Shown here piece after piece: positions 38,032 through 51,830 of a stretch of DNA of 64,000 bases. A program made the translations under genes and the position numbers. Each line of letters begins with the position of its first letter. Position 1 is the stretch's first letter. A model generated the notes under the pieces. The model saw only the letters and a program-made list of their open reading frames with translations, made no database searches and was not told the DNA's origin. The stretch is from Gnetum montanum (lineage: Eukaryota; Plantae; Gnetophyta): the NCBI GenBank assembly GCA_015680685.1, contig MNCI01002465.1:747488-811487 (forward strand), written 5' to 3'.

Positions 38032-38064
38032 GGGGTAACTTAGGGACTCGTTCCCCGCTAAAGC
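38032..38064 (+). mobile_element. 33-bp hairpin insertion in the RT motif GI^PQG
   Basis: GGT ATC|GGGGTAACTTAGGGACTCGTTCCCCGCTAAAGC|CCT CAA GGA. Uninterrupted GIPQGGAIS is at about 52764-52790. Confidence 0.9.
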
Positions 38065-38403
38065 CCTCAAGGAGGAGCAATATCCCCTATGTTAATTCAT
38101 TTATACCTATCTCCCCTCAACATAGCCTGCCATAACGCTCGTTACCTTCGATATGTCGATGACATTATCATGGTTAGGATCCAAGAGACTCCCTTTGTAA
38201 ACTTAACCGGCGAAACTGAGTGCCTATGTATTAAAGTGGTGGAAGAGGAGAAGAGTCTGAAGGAAGGTGGGAATCACCTGGGAGGGATAGTGTGTACCAC
38301 CCATGCGGGTTGCATTGACACTGATGTGTTTCAGTCAGAAACTGACAAAGAAATGGTTTTCTATTTATGAGGCTCATCATAGTAAAATTTCTATGATGAC
38401 TGA

Positions 38404-38436
38404 GGGGGTAACTCAATAAGAGTTACCCTCTAAAGC
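38404..38436 (+). mobile_element. 33-bp hairpin insertion variant (GGGTAACTC-AATAA-GAGTTACCC stem)
   Basis: Removing it gives ATG ACT GA|C CTC GAA TTG CTT AAA (MTDLELLK), matching the paralog MDDQELLK at 60289-60312. Confidence 0.8.
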
Positions 38437-41400
38437 CCTCGAATTGCTTAAATACATCAGTACAATAATGGTCAGGTTGTCTTTGTATTACGGTAGCCTG
38501 AGCTTACACCGTTGCGAGACGCTTAAGTGGATATGTTCCTTTCACACTCGGCTGGCCTAGTTCCACTTGCTAAGTCACCATCCTTGGGAAGAGATAACCA
38601 AAAATGTGGAATTGTACACTTGTGACTCTCTCCAACTCCCCACCTACAAAGACCTGAGGGCGAAGGTGAACCGATTATGTATGAGCATCCTCCTAAGTAC
38701 AAAACAATATAAGGTTCGAATGCTCTCATTGTTGGGCTTCATGTCTGTAGTCAAGAAGCACTTTCGAAGTAAATGCTTTGGTCTATTAAATATGAGCAAA
38801 GATAGATAGGTTGAGCTGTATGAGTTGTACTATGCTTGCGCCTTATGAAAACCTGTTGTCCTTCCCTTTGGTTTTGGTGTCTTTCTTCTAGTATAAGTGT
38901 AATGTTTGGTTGCTTGTTTGCATTCCTTTATGATGTATTGAGTACTGAATTTCTATGAAATGGGATTGTTTTAGAGTTTTATAGTGTTCGTCTACTAGCT
39001 TTAAAGTGTAGTGTGTACCACCTATTAATATAGACTGACCAGTGTAAGTGTGGTATATGTGTTAGTTTAATGCTTTTCAAGGTTTAACTAGACTAAAGAA
39101 TTGAGCTTGATTGGGGCTAGTGAGTTCAATCAAGTGATATTGATTGAATGAAGCTTTAAAGGCCCATGTATGCGGTAACCTCCAAGCTTACTATGCCCCT
39201 ATTACGGGGTAGCAGCGAAGGCCTACGTATGCGAGAGCAGCCCTCGCCCTTAGAGAAAGGGGCCCCGTTAGGTCCTAAGGGTTCGAAGTGCCCCTCGAAT
39301 GGGGCCCATTATAGCCCTCTTCTTAGGACCATTCAAACCTCCTGTTTCTTGGTAAAGCATCTACGCTTGTCCCCATCCAATGGGTAAGCATATACGGTCC
39401 ACAAAATCTGAATAGTTTTGTAGGTTCTGCTCTGGAACCGATCATGCCCTGCAAGCATGTAGAAGTGCATATAGGATTGTGCTCGTAAAGTGTAAGGGAT
39501 AGGGTAGTCATCCCCATTTCCCAATTTCATTATAACGTATCGTAGATGATTTTGTAATATCGTGGTTCTGTAACGTACCCTAAAAAGCTGTAGCATACAT
39601 TCCTACCAGTGTAGCCGTGCGAGTCGTATTCGATCGCTTGTCAAGGTCTGCCCCTCTAATAGTTGCAAGTAATAGCGAATAGCACCATATGTGGCAGTGA
39701 ACCGTGATAATTACTCATGTGTTCTAGTTGAACCTAAGACCAAGTGGGCTCCTAAGGAGCTCCTAGGAGAAGGGTTTGTACGTTGGTCGGTGCACCCAGT
39801 GATCGTTCCTGGCGTATCCCCTTCTTGAAACCTGCTCTCCCCAACTAGCCTTTCTTCTAAGAAGAAACTCCTACGAGACCTGTGAGTGTAAGGATGGGTG
39901 CCCTGTAAGGTTCCTAATCCTATAAGAGACCTTTCTGGCTAAGGATCTTATGTCTACGAATTAGAGTGGGCTGCCTCCCAAGAAAGCACCCAGCTAAGTA
40001 CCCCTATCGTAATCATGTGTAAATGTGGATCCCCCGCCGATACGAGTACCTAGTTAAGTGGCAAGTGTCGTTCCTCCTACACTCCCTTTTCTACCCAATG
40101 ATGTTCCGTGTCTGTCCTCGAAACTATCTGTCCATCTCCTCGCATAAGAGGCCATGAGGGAAGCATCGGTCAGTGTCTTCCACCACCTTGAGAGAGAAAC
40201 AGTTAAGTAATCTGCAGCATTGTGAGTTCCCAGGTAAGAAGTACCTACCCCTGACCTGGCTACTCCTAAGTAGTTTCCTATGAACCTAGGGGTAGGTCCT
40301 TGTGGCCAAAGTAAGAGTATCAGGGACCTTCAACTGCCTCCCATAACCAGTGAATGGGGGAAGCCGTGTCTCCCATAGTTCCACTACTAGCCTAACCCTC
40401 TTGGAAAGCTCCAAGCCTTCCCCAGCCCTAAGTGGATACGGCAAGAGTAACTAAGCTCCTCCTGTGGGGCAGCGTGAGGTAACTTGTACAGTGTAACATA
40501 ATAAGGAAAAGTGCCCCCATAGAGGGCTTATCAATCCCTTTCCCTTTGTAGGTTACCCTATAACCCAGCATCCGGTCCTAGGAAGAACTAAATAGTAAAG
40601 TATAGAACGCTTGTCGTTCTACTTGGTAGGAACTCCCTCAAAAGAGTTCAGTAGGCATTCTCAAAGGGTACCCGTTAAATGCTTTGCAGCGGGTAGCTGC
40701 CTTTGCTCGTACCCTAATCCTAGGTACTACCTAATCCCTCGTCGGTAAGAATAGGATCTGCTTGGTTCAAGCAGAATTTGGCATCGCTAACCGCGTGTCT
40801 CCCGAGGTCCACCCCAATATAACCAAAGAAATCCTACTGATGTTGGCTCTATCCCCCCATCTATGTCTGTGGGTTCGGTCCCGTACATAGCACTCCTCTC
40901 CTAAGGGTAGCTCCCCTAGGTAGGTGGAATAGGTTCTAGTCTAGGATAGCAACTACGACTGATAACTGTAATAAAAACGCAACAAAAATGCAAAAACAAT
41001 CCAAAGTTACAACCTAGGGTGTCTAGGCATTTCTTCATCGTCCCTGGGGCTGACCCACCATGGAACAGAACCAAAGTTACAACCCAGCATGGTTTGGCAC
41101 ATATCCACATTTTTTTTGTGGAAAACCCAATCCAAAAATGGAACCATCACTTCACTCGTAACTTCAGTGTTTTTCCATGATTTTTGGGCATTTCTTCATT
41201 TGGCCTCACCAATTGAGAGTCGGCAAGCGCCGAGAGAGCTCTCGAAATGTGAATGTTGTTATCACACTTTTATGACACATACAGGTTGGCAGCAAGTGAG
41301 GCGGAGCTATGTCGGTCCGAATGAAGGCTCAAGCCGGCTACCAACTAACACAAAGACATAAACACAAACTATCATAGTTGTTGGGGGAACTCGGGGACTC

Positions 41401-44400
41401 ATTCCCTGCGAATGCGGGGGAACTCACTCAAATCATTCATTCCCGATCCACCTTAGTCGTAGTTCCTTTCACATTGGAGAACAAAACCGCTTCGCAGGGT
41501 AACTCACAAAGCTCATTCCCCACTTCGCCCTCCTTGTATCTTCGAAATGGTGTCTCAATAACTAACTATGTACTTGTTACACGATTCCCTTGTATCATTT
41601 CTGCGAAATGTACTATATTATATAGGACTATTTTGATTATTCTCCCTGTATCTACGAACCATTACCCCTTCACTATCTATGTACCAGTGAAACGGTATCT
41701 CTTTGTATCGTTTCTGCATCCTGATGCCCTTTAGTAGTGTATCCTAGGTTTCAATAATACTTGTATTGTTTCTGGATTCCTTCCCTTTAGATTTATTATT
41801 TTAATAATAAGTGGGTGGTAACTATTTGGTAACTATTCTATAATGGTGGCATTTCTTAGAACATCTTCCTGAATCCAAGTGGCACCTTGTGGTTAATGAT
41901 GCTCTTATGTTGCTTCCAGGTAGCTGTTATGCATACGCATGCTAGTTGTTGTGCTCCTTGCACCCCTGTTCTTCGTAGACAATCGCTGCGTTTGGTCAAT
42001 CTGTGACGATAACATTCCGTAGGTTCCTGAGTGAGCTTTTGAAATGCTCTACTATAGTACCTCTACCTTTGATGGTTCAACAGTACCTCCTTGTATCGTT
42101 TCTATGTCAAGACCTCCCCTAGGTACCTTGTATGGTTTCTGCGAAACCTTCCCTAGGTATGCCCTCGTATCCTAACTATGCAATGGTAGGTTCATCTGTG
42201 CATCCCAAAGAGGTTAGGTCATCATAATGGTGTCGTTTCTTGGAGTAGGTTTTCCCTACCTTTGGTTCCTTCTGTCCTTGCGCGTGTTGCTGACCTATCT
42301 CTGTCCTACGCTGAGTATTGCCTACTCTACACTTGTAAGCTGCTAACTAACTTTACGCTACCCAATCTATCCTGTTGAGTGATCTATGCTAATTATGTTC
42401 GTGTCTGTAACGCCTACACCTAAATGTTACCTTCTTGTCTGTACATTTCCGCTCTTGCTTTGTAGGCCAGCCCTACGCCTAGCCCATCCGTGTCCTAGAT
42501 CCTGGCTCTCCCTTTCTCCTCAATTGCACACCAATTACATCCTAAATCTATCATTTTCTTACATTGTAAATCACTACATCCCCCGAACTGGACTTTGTGG
42601 TAACGTCCCCATAATGGTACTTTGTTTTCATGTATATGACAGTAATTTGTAACACCTAACTAATCTATCCTAAATCTATCCTACTGTAATACCCAAAAAC
42701 CTGTACGCATACATCTACTCTTGCACATAGAATCCTACTTTGCAGTATGTAACTACTCTCCCACGTGTAATCACATATATGATTGCACAGGAATAAATGG
42801 TTGCTAACATCTGTGGCCATCTCCCACTGGTGGACCTGAAATACTAGGCCTACCAAAGTTGCTCCTTTCATTACATGTCAAGGTTGTGTACCCTAAGTTC
42901 CTAACTTATGTCTCTCAAACAGTGCTGTCTTCTAATGACTTTGGTGACCAGGCTGCGTTGCTATCGAATTCCTCCGCCTGTGACTCATGTTTCGGTACGT
43001 GTGTAATGCTTACATCTTCCTTTTTCTATGTTGCCCTTTAAGGAATTTCCTAGTTGTGATAGTTCTTTTTCATAAAATGTTGTCTAGAATATCATACCCC
43101 CAAACCTTCCTTTCATGACCTATGCCCCTCCTAGCTCCACATATTATGAAAAAAACCTACTATGTCCATCCGTTGGTTTTGTTGCTCCTCTAGTGAATAG
43201 TCCTGTCTAGTGGCGTCGTGGGCATGCATCTATGGTGGACCCTTAAGCATCACCTTCAACCCATGACGTCTACGCTTCTAATAGTCCTAATTTGCTGGCA
43301 ACGGTGTCTATTGTCTCGCTCGTGGCTCTCTCTCTAGGGCTTGTAGGAGTGGTACTAGCTTCTGGTCTCCTGTTGTCTACCTTGAAGTGGAAGTGTTGTT
43401 GGAGCATTCTGTATAGTATATACTGTAGTGTCTGGTCCCGTATAGTAAGTGAATGCTCTCTTGCTGATCTTTCTCCTGATCAGTTCCTAGCATGATCTAT
43501 CCTTCGCTATGTACTGGCATCAATACACTTTTCCCCCTCATCATCAAGGGTCTGCTATCCAATCCAGCCTCTGTGAGGTGTCTATGTATGCCTGTATTTT
43601 GGTAACTCATGTTTTGAAACTCTACCTTGAACCTGTCTAAGGTTCTTCACGCTAGGTGTTGTGCTCTTTGCGTTGTGTTGAACCTTCCTCGAAGGTGGAG
43701 TTGTATAAGTTTTAAGCTTTCCTTATCCTGTCTAAATAGGCATGGGTTCCCATAAGTATCAACACGCAAAGGCCCAAACCAACTACCCCAAATAAATATG
43801 AAAAGAATTTGTGAACGGCGTAATGCGGGGAATGAGTCCCCGAGTTCCCCCAAATATGAGAAGCATTTTTTCAACTTGTGTGAAAAGTGTTCCTTCAATG
43901 TCTGTGATTGGATGGTCTAAACTCAGAAAAAAACTTCAATATACCTTGATAAAATAATACAAGAAACATTGACACCTACCTCACACTTCCTATTTTTTTA
44001 TTTGTGACTTGAATTTGAGTTCGTCCTAGCTTCAATTATTTCCCTTAATCCTTCTACGTTCCTAGGTAGAATCCTGCAGACTCCCCAAATGGGCGACATA
44101 CCTAAGGATCCTAGGTATCTCCTAAGGGTAGTCTAGGATTAAGCCCGGTGGTTATGTTCTACGTGCTAGTGAATTTCATGGGTCCATGAGGGCGACTAAC
44201 AGGAGCAGGCACTTTTCCCTGAGTTACCCCCACATGAATTTTTCTACTTTTGCCTCTTGTAAGAAGCGAGTAGCGCCCCCGTAGTTGATCCAGGTAAAGA
44301 AGTCCTTATGAATACGAGACGACCTTAACTCTTTTCTAGTTACGGCTTTAGGGCTGTGCGTGGTTCTCCGAACTACTTACTCTAAGGAGTCATGTTTTAG

Positions 44401-47134
44401 GGAAATGCTCATGGACGCCACTGAGCGTCACCATCAACACATCCCTAAAGTGGTGCTGGCCTCGGTTCTCCAAACCGTTCCCCCCTACAGGGCCTTGGTT
44501 CTTCGAACCCAGGTCTGTTGAACCTTTTTTGTAACGTATGAAATTACATAATAAATTACCATTTACGTTGTAACGTATATAAAATGAAATTACTGGGTGT
44601 GTGTTTTCACGTATATAATGACTTTGTTGTAACGCATCAAATGAAAGAGAAAATATAGCATTGTCCAGCATGTTACCCCACTACATCCCCCTAACAGGAC
44701 TTTATTGCAGCGTTAACGTAATGCTACTTGGTTTACACGTATCTGTACATATGAAATAGCAATAATGGTTTGTTATCAGCTAGAAAATCTACCTAAAGAA
44801 CCTTGAATTGTCCTCAAGGACCTTAAATCATTAATGCTTTAACCTATGAGATCGCTACACCCTAGAGTCAATCTAGGCCATAGCGGTCAAAATATAGGCT
44901 TCTACTTCCTAAGCTAAACCTCCCCTAAAACATACTAACCTAGGTTATCACAACCTAGCTTCAACCTAAAGAACTAGAGCTGGATTACTTTGTCAATTTC
45001 CATAATAGCACACGAAAGTACTCAACCGTACTCAATCCTATAATGACTATCAAACTACTTTTACATAGAATCACATCTCATAAATCCCACTCAAATAATC
45101 TCTGCTTCCTATGCTAGCCTGTAAGCAGCTAGTGTAAACTTATTGATTGTAAAGGCATCTACTCCTGGTACGTCCATACATGTTTTCTACGAACTAGCAC
45201 CCAGGGGAACTTGGGGACGCATTCCCCGCTAATGCCCTAGTCGTTCCCACTTCCTATGTCACCCTACGTTACCCTGTCTTACATTATACGTAAGCCTCAA
45301 TTTGTAAATGACCAAACTAACATCCCTATCCATCAGTACCATACCTACCCGTCAGTCTCCTACCGATAATAGATGCCGGAGCAAGAAGAGATTAAATAGA
45401 TAGATATAGATATGTTGATATTGATATATTTATCTATAGGATAGAGTAGGGTAGGGTAGGTAAGGATCAATAAAGGATAAAAGAGAAAGGTAGAAGGAAA
45501 AGGTAAGATAGAATGAAAAGACGTGGAATAGAACAAAGAAGAAAGGTGTAGCTCAAGGACAAATCGAACTCAAGCATGCGAGTGTGTCACCGCATGACCA
45601 GAGTGTTTCAACGCGAACCGACGTAAGGCATAAAGCCACTATTAGTCATGCACTTACTTCCCATAACGTAAGTCCTGAATAAAACATCCACCAGGCAACT
45701 ACAAGACCAAGCAGCAACCTTATCTAATCTACTTGGGAAATACCCACCAATCCAGGTAAGAGACAAACCAGGTGATAGGAGTACTAGCAAGAGGGACTAG
45801 TATGTATCCTATACAATATGTGAAAAACACTTTCTGGATGTGCCAACAGGGGACGCCATGCATATTCATAGATATGGGTTTTTGAACTAGGAAAAGAAGC
45901 ATGTCGAAGACGGGAAGTTATTGATTTAATGAGTGTATTCCGATACATTTGAATGCAAGGCTATGATTTTTATATTATATATAAACAATATAGTACATAG
46001 ATTTTGACACGAGCTTCTATAACTGGGAACCACATCAAATCGTTAGTCGCCATCCCTAAATGTAGTAGGTATTGTGAAAACTACCATGTTTGGAGTTCTT
46101 AAAAGCTGAGACCTCTCACCGGAACTAGCCATGACAAAGAATAGTCGATGGCAGCAGCTACGAACAAGAGCCATAGCACGCAAGTGCTCAACGCGGACCA
46201 ATAGGTCACACCTATGATTGTACAGCTAAATGGCCTCGTTATAGGTCCATACATCGTAAAGGAACAATAAAGGTCATGGGCTATGTTATTTCATAAAGGT
46301 GTTATTTCATATCTGCCTCGTCTCGTCCTAATGCAAGTCAAGAGATATCAAACAAAATAGATGGGCATTAGCAGCAAAGACTAGTAGGTGTAGTTGGATA
46401 TGGGAGAACCCGATCAAGCCAAGAAAACTCCAAAGTCACTGGTAGAAGTCACACTTATAGATAGGCAGCAAGCAAAAAGTAGTAGAGAAGATGCCGATGC
46501 TCTTAGAGCTGGCACGAACTAGTGAGAGCTACTCTCAGGGCACACGGAATGGTCATACAGTGGTAGACGATCCTAGTTCAAGTAGGGAGTGAGCCAAGCT
46601 ATTCAGATAGGAAGTCGCACCATGCGCTAACTCATTGAAACCTTCGAATGAAAGCCCCACCCCAACCCAACCATAGAGGAAGAGAGAGAGACAGAGAGAC
46701 AAACAAGTTCCTAGCTTAGCTGCATCCTGCTCTGCTTGTCATTGTTTTCCTGCTCTAGTTGGTCCAGGAGGGAGACAAAGCAAATCTCATATGCCAATTG
46801 CCGAGTTCATGGCCTTCGGCGTCATTCTTGCTCACTTATTATAGTATAGTTAAGGTGTTCCAAGTCCTATCTGGATGTTTGGTACTCCCGCTGACCAGGC
46901 GGTAGCTTCACAGGTAGCTCTAGGGCTGACTACGGTAGGTAAGGTGCTACTGTGAACGATATTTACGTCCTGTCAATTGATAATTACCCCGGAATGACTC
47001 TAGAATTACCCCGGTTATCCTGGTTATAAAATACATGAATTACCTAAGGAATGAATCTGTATGCTGCCCGCCACTAGATGGCTCTGTCTCGAGCATGAGT
47101 GAACTGGTAGACTGAAATTAGTAGTAGTGGAAAG

Positions 47135-47445
47135 GGGCTTTAGCCAAGGAATGACCAGGGTAACTCCTTAGACTATAGGTTACTATGTTGCGTTTCCATG
47201 AAACATGCACAGCGGGAACGACAAAAAGGGATGCTCACTTGCACCAGGGTAATGTAGGGCCCCATAGGGGCAGGGAACTCACGAAGTGAGTTACCCAGCA
47301 AAGCGGTTTTGTTCTCTAATGAGAGATTCCCTGCGACTAAGGCGGTTATCGTGCTGTGTCGTAAGAAACGCGTACTTAGGGAATGAACGATTTGAGTGAG
47401 TTACCCTGTGTAACAGGCCATTATTCAGAAACGGGAGAGGAACTG
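47135..47445. repeat. Cluster of concatenated hairpin modules
   Basis: GGGCTTTAGCC..GGAATGACCAGGGTAAC, GGTTAC..TGCGTTTCC.TGAAAC and GAAGTGAGTTACCC modules, shared with the 49.3-49.7, 51.0-51.5 and 61.7-62.0 kb clusters. Confidence 0.8.
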
Positions 47446-48249
47446 TCAACTGTTCATCTTGATTTCTCGAAAAATCGCAATGAGATGTTTTCATCTCGCA
47501 TTTTTATGTACGATTTATATATCATGTCCTTCTCAGGTAAAAGCTAACAAAAAAGGTGGAAGACGATAGGGGACAACCAAGGTAACTCAGGAAAAAGTGG
47601 CCTGCTAAAGCCCTCGTTCATGTTGGTTCGTGTTGCTACATACAATGGTTCCATTGGCCGGCAGGGGTTGGAATAGCTCCACAGGTAACAGAGATCGACA
47701 AGCATACCTTAGTTACATCTTACAGTTCTCGACTAACTTTGCTAATTCATGCAGAGCCACCACTCTGTAAGCTATTCTGAGCTAGCAAAGGGTGACAACC
47801 AACTTAAGCCAGTTTCATCATTTCTCTATTCACTTCTTTATTTAGTTTACCCGATACTCATTGAGTAGTATCTCAATCTTCAATACAAAATTACCTATCT
47901 TAGCTAGGGGCATTCCGCATCCAGGGGTGCCCCAGGCTCAACAACCAGAGCTGCTTGGGATATTAGGCTCGTTTGCATCCCCATAGGACACTGGACAAGG
48001 CTCCATAAACCCTTCACACTCAAATTATATACATGAAAACTTCGCATGAAAAACTGACTTACGTGAATTACAAGATAATTACTACATTAAAATATACACA
48101 GTGGCTTATCAAGAATAGGGAATGCTCCATATTTGATACACGTGGGCATATACAGTAATTTTATAGTACTTGAGTGTCTCCCAGAAGTAATGTTGTACTA
48201 TGCGTTGGAGGGCGTTAGCGGGGAATGAGTCCCTAAGTTGCCCCCTTTC

Positions 48250-49100
48250 CAAAATGGTGGGCTAGGTTGATTGATGAACCTTGTGGCGAGCACGCAGCTC
48301 ATCAAAAACAACATTGATAATATCTTGGTCGATCAACTTAGAGCACTTATGGGGATCGTGAATCAGAGCCTCCCTTACACCATATACCAAATGAATTCAT
48401 TCATACTTATACATATTTCTTTAGTTGAGTGTAGGTAGTGTAGGTGTGGTAGGCAATTCACAGTCCAAATCCCCAATAATAAAGTATCAGTGAACCTGGT
48501 GGCCCAAGGAAGGGTTTGGACAATGACACACGGCAACAATTGCTTGGCCATTTAGTCATCGGGGGAGACTCTTCGCATAACACTCACTTACTTCGAGCTT
48601 ACCTATGGCCCCCTTCCACCAGGTCCAGTTGTTTGCTGAGCTTAGTCTCCAATTGTCTAGTTACACCGACTTCACGTACCTTTGAAGCTGAGGTAGCCAT
48701 GGGCAATTCTATCTTGGCTATTCACCACCAACATACACTTACCACGATGGCACCAAATGGTAAGGAAAGCTTGAGAGTAGACGACGAAAAGTTGAAAACT
48801 TACCTGACATGACATATCATATTTAGGGTAACTAGGTAACTTTACTTTGCATTTCACCAGTTCTCTTTGCTAGCTAGGGCTGTGGGTCCCCATTAGGATC
48901 CAGGCTAAAGGTGGTAGACATAGTAAGTAATAGACATGTTTACTAATGGTGAATCTACTCCCTGAGCGGGAGGGCATATAAGTGGAGCTCTCAAAACATT
49001 TACATAATGAATGACGAGGGGAAGGTAATGACTTCCTACCCCCAAGGCTCACCGAGGTTTCTTGCTTTGGTCCATGAAGGAAAGCTTTCATTTAGCATGG
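48250..49100 (-). pseudogene. Heavily decayed Ty3/gypsy pol remnant
   Basis: Only faint RT/RH/INT-like residues (CQVSFQ, QTLPW...DFI.GL-like). Confidence 0.25.
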
Positions 49101-49269
49101 TCAGTATGCGAAAAAGAACTCCCCCAGGTTATCATTTGCTTATTGAATACGACTTATGTGAGGCTAGTGCCGACTGAGCGATTGGGGAACGTATCAAAAT
49201 AGAGATATCTATCTTCTACTAGTAGTGCGGCTGCTCTCGAATGGCAAATCTTATAGTGACTGAATTCCA

Positions 49270-49690
49270 CAAGCTTAGTAGGTTACAATAAGCTCATTCT
49301 TCAAATTCCATTTTTGGCGAAGTGGGGAATGAACGAAGTGAGTTATCTTGTGAAGTGGTTTTGTTCTTCTTAGGGAGAGGAACCACGACTACTGAGGTTA
49401 CAATAAGCGTTTCCACGAAACACGCACTTAGGGCGTAAGCGGGGAAAAAGTCCCTCAGTTCCCCTGTGACTACTGAGGTTACACGTCGACGTGTTGTAGT
49501 AAAATGGAAACACGCACTTAGGGAATGAACAATTTGAGTGAGTTACCCCGAATGAGTGAAGTGAGTTACCCCAAATGAGTGAAGTGAGTTACCCCGTTAC
49601 ACAGGCCGTTGTTTGGAAACAAGAGAGGAACTGGTCATTCCCACTGTGGGCGTTGAACGGAAACGCAGCACGGTAACCACCATAGTCACC
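49270..49690. repeat. Cluster of concatenated hairpin modules
   Basis: GGTTACAATAAGC, GAAGTGAGTTACCCC (tandem), CGCACTTAGGGAA and GTTGAACGGAAACGCAGCACGGTAACC. Confidence 0.8.
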
Positions 49691-50819
49691 CTACCTCTTA
49701 GCATTAGCAGCATTGAAAATTGATGATGACTTTGTAGAACTCTAGCAGCCCCTGAATCTGCTTCATAAGATGACTAGCAATATGAAGCAAGTTACTTGCC
49801 CACCAAGGGATTAAGCTTCAAATGATGAGGCTTACCTCAAGGATAAAGGAGGTAATAATGCCTATTATCCTGATCCCCTTACCCTGGGTAAGATGACTAC
49901 AGATACGACTACAGATAAGAGGCCTGCCCAGCATAAGTGGGTGGCAATGATGGAGATTAAGTTAGAACTTGATCAATTGGTTGATACAGCAACTGCAGGA
50001 TAGGATCATCTAGGATCAATTCAATTATATAATTATGTACGTAACCATAATGTATTAGATAGAGGACTTACTTAATTACATTATAGAATTATTGGGTCCT
50101 ATATTCCAAGCGATCTCCAAAGGGCCCGAATGAATTGGGAGAGATCCGTTTTATGTTGAGGGTGAGTTGGAGATCAGGAGGTTAAGAGGGAGGAGGTGTA
50201 GTGAGCGCTTCAAAGACTAGAGGATCTTTAGCCGGGGAACGACTAGGGTAACGTAGGGGTTGTTCCCCGGCTAAAGCCCCAGAGTTACCCTAACTTACGT
50301 TTTCACTAAATGGATCTATCAAGTGGTAAAAGCAGCACTTTTTTGGTTTTTTCGGCTAGGGTAACGTAGGGCGATTATGGGAGCTGGAATGCCCCCTACG
50401 TGACCCTGGTCGTTCCCCTTAGTTACGCCCCTACCCATAACACCATTTTGCGAAGCAACAATAAGCTACTTGGTTCACGTAATCTATCTTTCAACATTTT
50501 TGTTCGGTTAGGGCAGCTCGCTTGCTCTTGTAGCTTTGCCTATATGTACAAAATAACCAAAGATGCAATCATTAGCAATGCAATAACGTTCCCTTTTTTT
50601 TAGGAGAGAGCAGCACTCATTCTAAAAATGAGCTTATTGTAAGTGCGTGTTGAATGGTTTTGTGTTGTTTTATGTCGCGAGGCTGTGTGCTCATTCCAAG
50701 AATGAGCTTACCCAAAAACTACATGTTTCATGGAAACACGGCACCATAACCTTTGTTCCCAATTTTGCGCCTTATACCTGATATGATTCTTTCCGATACG
50801 AGGGACTCAACTGTTGCGG

Positions 50820-50891
50820 GTCCCTTTCGTCTAGTGGTTAGAACATCATCTTTTCATGTCGAAGACATGGGTTCGATTCCCTTAGGGGATG
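50820..50891 (+). tRNA. trnE: Mitochondrial tRNA-Glu(UUC), mutated copy, probably a pseudogene
   Basis: GTCCCTTTCGTCTAGTGGTTAGAACATCATCTTTTCATGTCGAAGACATGGGTTCGATTCCCTTAGGGGATG matches plant mitochondrial trnE apart from mostly C>T/G>A changes. Confidence 0.9.
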
Positions 50892-50970
50892 GTTTATGAA
50901 TAGGGTCACACACGTCGTCTATATGGCATGGCGCTTCCCCCCGTCCAAACTTTGGTTTTGGACTGGTTTC

Positions 50971-51520
50971 CCAGGGTAACGTAGGGCAACGTCTAGGTTA
51001 CCATGCTGCGCTTTCATGAAATGCGCACAGCAGGCTAACGTGGGGCACGAGTCCCCGAGTTCCCCTACGACTGATGAGGTTACACGTCGATGCATTGTAG
51101 TGAAATGGAAATGCGCACTTAGGGAACGAACAATTTGAGTGAGTTCCCCCACGTTTGCAGGGCACTTTTCCCAGAGTTCCCCCTTAGACAAAATGGGGTA
51201 ACCTAGGGTTTTGTCGTTCCTGCTATGTGCATTTCACGAAAATGCAGCACGGTAACTGGGGGAACTCGGGGACTCGTTCCCTGCTCACGTGCCTCACGAT
51301 TCCTCTCCCGTTGGAGAACAAAACCGCTTCACGGGGCCGTTAAAAAGGGTTTTCTCATTCCTGTTGTGCGCATTTCATAAAAATGCTTTTTGTAACCTTA
51401 GTAGTCATGGGGGAACTCAGGGACTCATTCCCAGCTAATGCCCTCCCTAATCGGTGAATTTGGTCATTCCCGCTATGCACATTTCACAGAAATGCTTATT
51501 GTAACCTTAACGTCGCCCTC
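50971..51520. repeat. Large cluster of concatenated hairpin modules in both orientations
   Basis: Multiple 33-bp units plus GGTTACC.TGCTGCG.TTTC.TGAAA.G.GCACAGC.GG modules. Confidence 0.85.
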
Positions 51521-51830
51521 GTAAATACACTTAGTTAGCTAGGCTTAGTTATTGAATCGGTAGGTAGGCAATGTACTCAACCTATGACACACTAGAGTCG
51601 AACGGGCAGTTTGCGCCCGCCTCCCGGTAAATCTGTGTGGAACTAGACAGACAGTGGGGACGAAAATATTATCCTTGCAAAGCAGCCGACCCGACCGTAT
51701 AGAGAGCAGAGCACAAATGACACCTTCCTTTACATGCATCATGCATATTGTAAAGTACAATAAAGTACTTTACTGTACTTTACTAAGAGCCCTCGATGAA
51801 GGTGTTTCCTGTTCATTTTTGTTTCTCGCT

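Larger units (their letters stand above)
37442..38848 (+). pseudogene. Degenerate group II intron-type reverse transcriptase, copy A, interrupted by three hairpin insertions
   Basis: QVFILKSLGKVGMRPITI^P, DRALL, YSHGFLPNHG, FMDVTECFNTMKHD, GI^PQGGAISPML, YLRYVDDII, then a C-terminal extension (ELLKYISTIM, LSHHP, ELYY). Confidence 0.85.

Noticed and set aside
37442-38848. matR or an intact maturase gene
   Set aside because: No nad1 exon context, no resemblance to matR by eye, and multiple stops and insertions.
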